From: Candidatus Vogelbacteria bacterium
GTDB taxonomy: Bacteria; Patescibacteriota; Minisyncoccia; Phycocordibacterales; XYD1-FULL-46-19
Direction: 5' to 3'
Assembly (NCBI GenBank): GCA_903864935.1
Contig: CAIPHT010000017.1
Location: 16,096-80,095 of the forward strand
Length of the DNA stretch: 64,000 nt
Part shown: one piece after another, positions 61,989 through 64,000 of the stretch
Numbering within the stretch: position 1 is the stretch's first letter
How the letters are laid out: every line of letters starts with the position of its first letter
Notes under the pieces: model-generated
What the model was told of the DNA's origin: nothing
What the model saw: only the letters and a program-made list of their open reading frames with translations
The model's database searches: none
Program-made: the position numbers and the translations under genes

Positions 61989-62291
61989 ATGTCCACTCCT
62001 AAGAAACCGAGGAAAAGGAAACGCTATGTCCAATCGCACTTTTTCGAGCTTGTTCCCGGAACCGTTTTCCGTGACGCCGATGAAGGCAGCGGGAAGCGCT
62101 ATGTCAAAATGTTTCTTCCTTTTGAGGAGCAACGGGATCCGAGAAAAGCGAACAGCCAACGCCTTACGTCCAAAGGCGAAGAAGGAGGCTATCGCCACTT
62201 CAGTCCGAACACGAAGGTGTTTGCGACCCAGGTGGAGATGGATCGGGCCACAGATGCTCTTGTGCAGCGGATGAACAGGATTCATCCCTGA
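61989..62291 (+). CDS. small basic hypothetical protein (100 aa), GC-rich, GAGGAGG RBS
   Basis: Followed by a strong GC hairpin and T-rich terminator at 62309-62356. Confidence 0.4.
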   Translation: MSTPKKPRKRKRYVQSHFFELVPGTVFRDADEGSGKRYVKMFLPFEEQRDPRKANSQRLTSKGEEGGYRHFSPNTKVFATQVEMDRATDALVQRMNRIHP

Positions 62292-62308
62292 CTTTCCCCT
62301 GACCAAGC

Positions 62309-62356
62309 CGGCCACCAGCGCGTATCGTCGCGCGGGTGGCCGTTTCTATTTATTTT
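62309..62356 (+). terminator. intrinsic terminator: 14-bp GC stem (cggccaccagcgcg/cgcgcgggtggccg) plus a T-rich tract
   Basis: read directly. Confidence 0.7.
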
Positions 62357-62422
62357 AAAATCAATTAAAAATCTTACTTCGCTCTACTGAGCTCAGCATC
62401 TTCGTCACCTTCGTTCCTCGAG

Positions 62423-62493
62423 CTGCGGGACTTGGAATCGAACCAAGATACTGAGCTTCAAAGGCTCATGTCCTACCTTTAGACGATCCCGCA
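62423..62493 (-). tRNA. tRNA-Gln (anticodon TTG)
   Basis: Minus-strand TGCGGGA-TC-GTC-TAAAGGTAG-GAC-A-TGAGC-CTTTGAA-GCTCA-GTAT-CTTGG-TTCGATT-CCAAG-TCCCGCA-G. 3-bp D stem. Confidence 0.75.
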
Positions 62494-62721
62494 ATATTTA
62501 CTAAATTGTTCTAATATTAAACACTTTTTTCTGACTTTTCGCAATAATGGGCAAAGGCCCTATTGACCAAACTTTATATTAATTGTAGTTTTAAGTCAGA
62601 TTGGGTCTGGTGCCTGATCGTTGAAATCGGATAAGGTGGGTCGTCTGCCCGCCAAGTCCACAGACCTCTCCCCTGGGGAAGAGGTTGGCAATGCAGCTCT
62701 GGTGGCTGCGGAAAGGATGAG

Positions 62722-63750
62722 ATGGGAATCGCAAATACGAGTTTTCGACTTGAAGTCTATCTGGAGTCGGCGAATTTATCGTTGCTCTGTCAAGTTAAGC
62801 CGATGCCTCCGGCTGACCGAGTATCGCACATCGATGGTATTATCCGTTTGGTGGTCGGGACTGTGGCCGAGCTTGATGCGGCTTCGGTGAAGTCGGCGAC
62901 GGAGAGGGAGCTTGTGTCCCTTGTTAAATCGCTCAACCTGGCCATCAAGGATCAGTACTCACCTATCGGGGATGAAAATGAAGATGCCTACGTCAAAGCG
63001 ATTGGCACTGCCTGTCTGGCTCTCTATGAGTCCTTGCCAGAGCGCTTCGACATCCTTATTGGCCTGAGGAGAGCACTCCTTGACCTTATGTTGGCCAGCT
63101 GGTCCTCAGAGTGGACCGAGGTCGAAGATACCGAGAAAAAGATCGTTTTCATCCTTGAAGCCACAACGGCCGATTCACGGCTCGACCAACATGTTGCGGG
63201 CTGGCTACGGGCCCATTTCTTTAGCGGGAGCATGAATTCTGTGCAGGAGTTTCGGGGCGAAATCCTCTGCCGCAAGTTGATGAAAATGGATGCGTCGAAG
63301 CGGCCGACGGCGATCATGCGGGCCGTCCTTGCGCATTGGTTCCGGAATCTGGATTCGCCGACGGCTGCCGCCCTCTACAAGGTCGGAGTCTGCTTGACGG
63401 AAAACCCTCCGGCGTTTGATGCCGCGGCCGCATCAGTCATTGCGCACACTGATGCCGTCAGAGCCCTTGCCTACAAGGCCACGGTGGTTGTGGATTGGCT
63501 TAAGGGGAGCGACAAACTGCTGGCCTTCGACTTCCGCATCAAGCACCTCGACCCGGCCACGGGGAGGATTGACCTTGAGACAGATCGGTTCGATGGCGGC
63601 TACTTTACTCTCGCGACCATCTTCCAAGAGGCTCGCGTTACTCTCATGCCGTACAAGGAAAGAACGGGCGATGACAACTTCACGGTCATGCTGACCCTCG
63701 TGGACAGCGGGGAGCAACTCAGGGCAGACGAGACCGAAAAAATCTGGTAG
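62722..63750 (+). CDS. hypothetical cytoplasmic protein (342 aa), moderately GC-rich
   Basis: AAAGGATGAG RBS region. No recognisable motifs. Followed by a strong terminator. Confidence 0.5.
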   Translation: MGIANTSFRLEVYLESANLSLLCQVKPMPPADRVSHIDGIIRLVVGTVAELDAASVKSATERELVSLVKSLNLAIKDQYSPIGDENEDAYVKAIGTACLALYESLPERFDILIGLRRALLDLMLASWSSEWTEVEDTEKKIVFILEATTADSRLDQHVAGWLRAHFFSGSMNSVQEFRGEILCRKLMKMDASKRPTAIMRAVLAHWFRNLDSPTAAALYKVGVCLTENPPAFDAAAASVIAHTDAVRALAYKATVVVDWLKGSDKLLAFDFRIKHLDPATGRIDLETDRFDGGYFTLATIFQEARVTLMPYKERTGDDNFTVMLTLVDSGEQLRADETEKIW

Positions 63751-63774
63751 GCACCACCAGAACATTGAATTACG

Positions 63775-63812
63775 CAGCCCGCACTGTCAAAAGTGCGGGC
63801 TGTAGCTTTTTA
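63775..63812 (+). terminator. intrinsic terminator: 11-bp stem cagcccgcact/agtgcgggctg plus TTTTT
   Basis: read directly. Confidence 0.8.
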
Positions 63813-63868
63813 TTAAGAACCAATGTTTGGATATTGACTCTTATCTTATAGTGAAATAAAATTAAGTT

Positions 63869-64000
63869 ATGAAAGAAGAACTTAATCCAGAACCAAAATT
63901 TGAAGAAACGGAGCTTGGGGCGTGGGCCAAGAGACAGGAGGAACAAGAGCTTCCTCCATTAGAGCACCTGGATTGTAAGTATTGTGAGGACTCAGGGACT
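63869..64000 (+). CDS. 5' part of a gene continuing beyond the window (MKEELNPEPKFEETELGAWAKRQ...)
   Basis: Open frame to the window edge. Nothing identifiable. Confidence 0.25.
   Translation, partial: MKEELNPEPKFEETELGAWAKRQEEQELPPLEHLDCKYCEDSGT

Overview
This 64 kb window is AT-rich with short intergenic regions. It is most consistent with a small-genome bacterium of the CPR/Patescibacteria type. That placement is an inference from gene content, the two giant surface proteins and the largely leaderless starts, not from any search. The translation code looks standard. Nothing was searched against a database and no GC or identity values were computed; every call below is by eye from the sequence and the supplied ORF track.

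Housekeeping genes I recognise:
- Fe/Mn superoxide dismutase
- a ClpB/ClpC-type Hsp100 chaperone
- ribosomal protein L33 (too short for the ORF track)
- MiaA, ParB, a short Rel/SpoT, topoisomerase I, DprA, SerRS
- an FtsQ-like protein, a D-Ala-D-Ala carboxypeptidase, Dus, a short DnaX
- five tRNAs: Tyr, Trp, Leu, Gln, and a partial Tyr duplicate

The accessory content is dominated by cell-surface genes:
- a giant repetitive adhesin-like protein of more than 4037 aa that runs off the 5' edge and carries an internal ~850 bp near-identical duplication
- a protein with a C-terminal dockerin-like double calcium-loop, followed by three paralogous membrane proteins with a cohesin-like beta-sandwich domain
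- a second giant protein of 4613 aa, built from about 44 copies of an NGNVGIGTTxP motif and ending in a phage-tail-fibre-type intramolecular chaperone (peptidase S74-like) domain
- a secreted protein with three LamG/ConA-like domains

The giant fibre gene and the LamG gene are bracketed by two paralogous HuH tyrosine transposase genes of the REP-associated (RAYT-like) type. Each is flanked by its own family of 21-nt perfect hairpin palindromes (REP-like):
- family 1: CTTAGAGGC-TTC-GCCTCTAAG
- family 2: CCGCTAGGC-ATT-GCCTAGCGG

Other unusual features:
- a GC-rich, Shine-Dalgarno-led two-gene secreted-protein cassette with a consensus sigma70 promoter, flanked by a 29-bp perfect palindrome and sitting beside tRNA-Tyr and the partial tRNA duplicate
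- a duplicated ~90 bp promoter module driving a stand-alone receiver-domain gene and a small gene
- a membrane-anchored Clp-like ATPase with a degenerate D1 and an intact D2 module
- an HtrA-like protein lacking the catalytic His and Ser
- a PaaX-like regulator flanked by TTCACGGTCGTGAA palindromes
- a ~290 nt GC-rich intergenic island that may be a structured RNA
- a general split between AT-rich leaderless native genes and GC-rich SD-led islets

No CRISPR array was seen.
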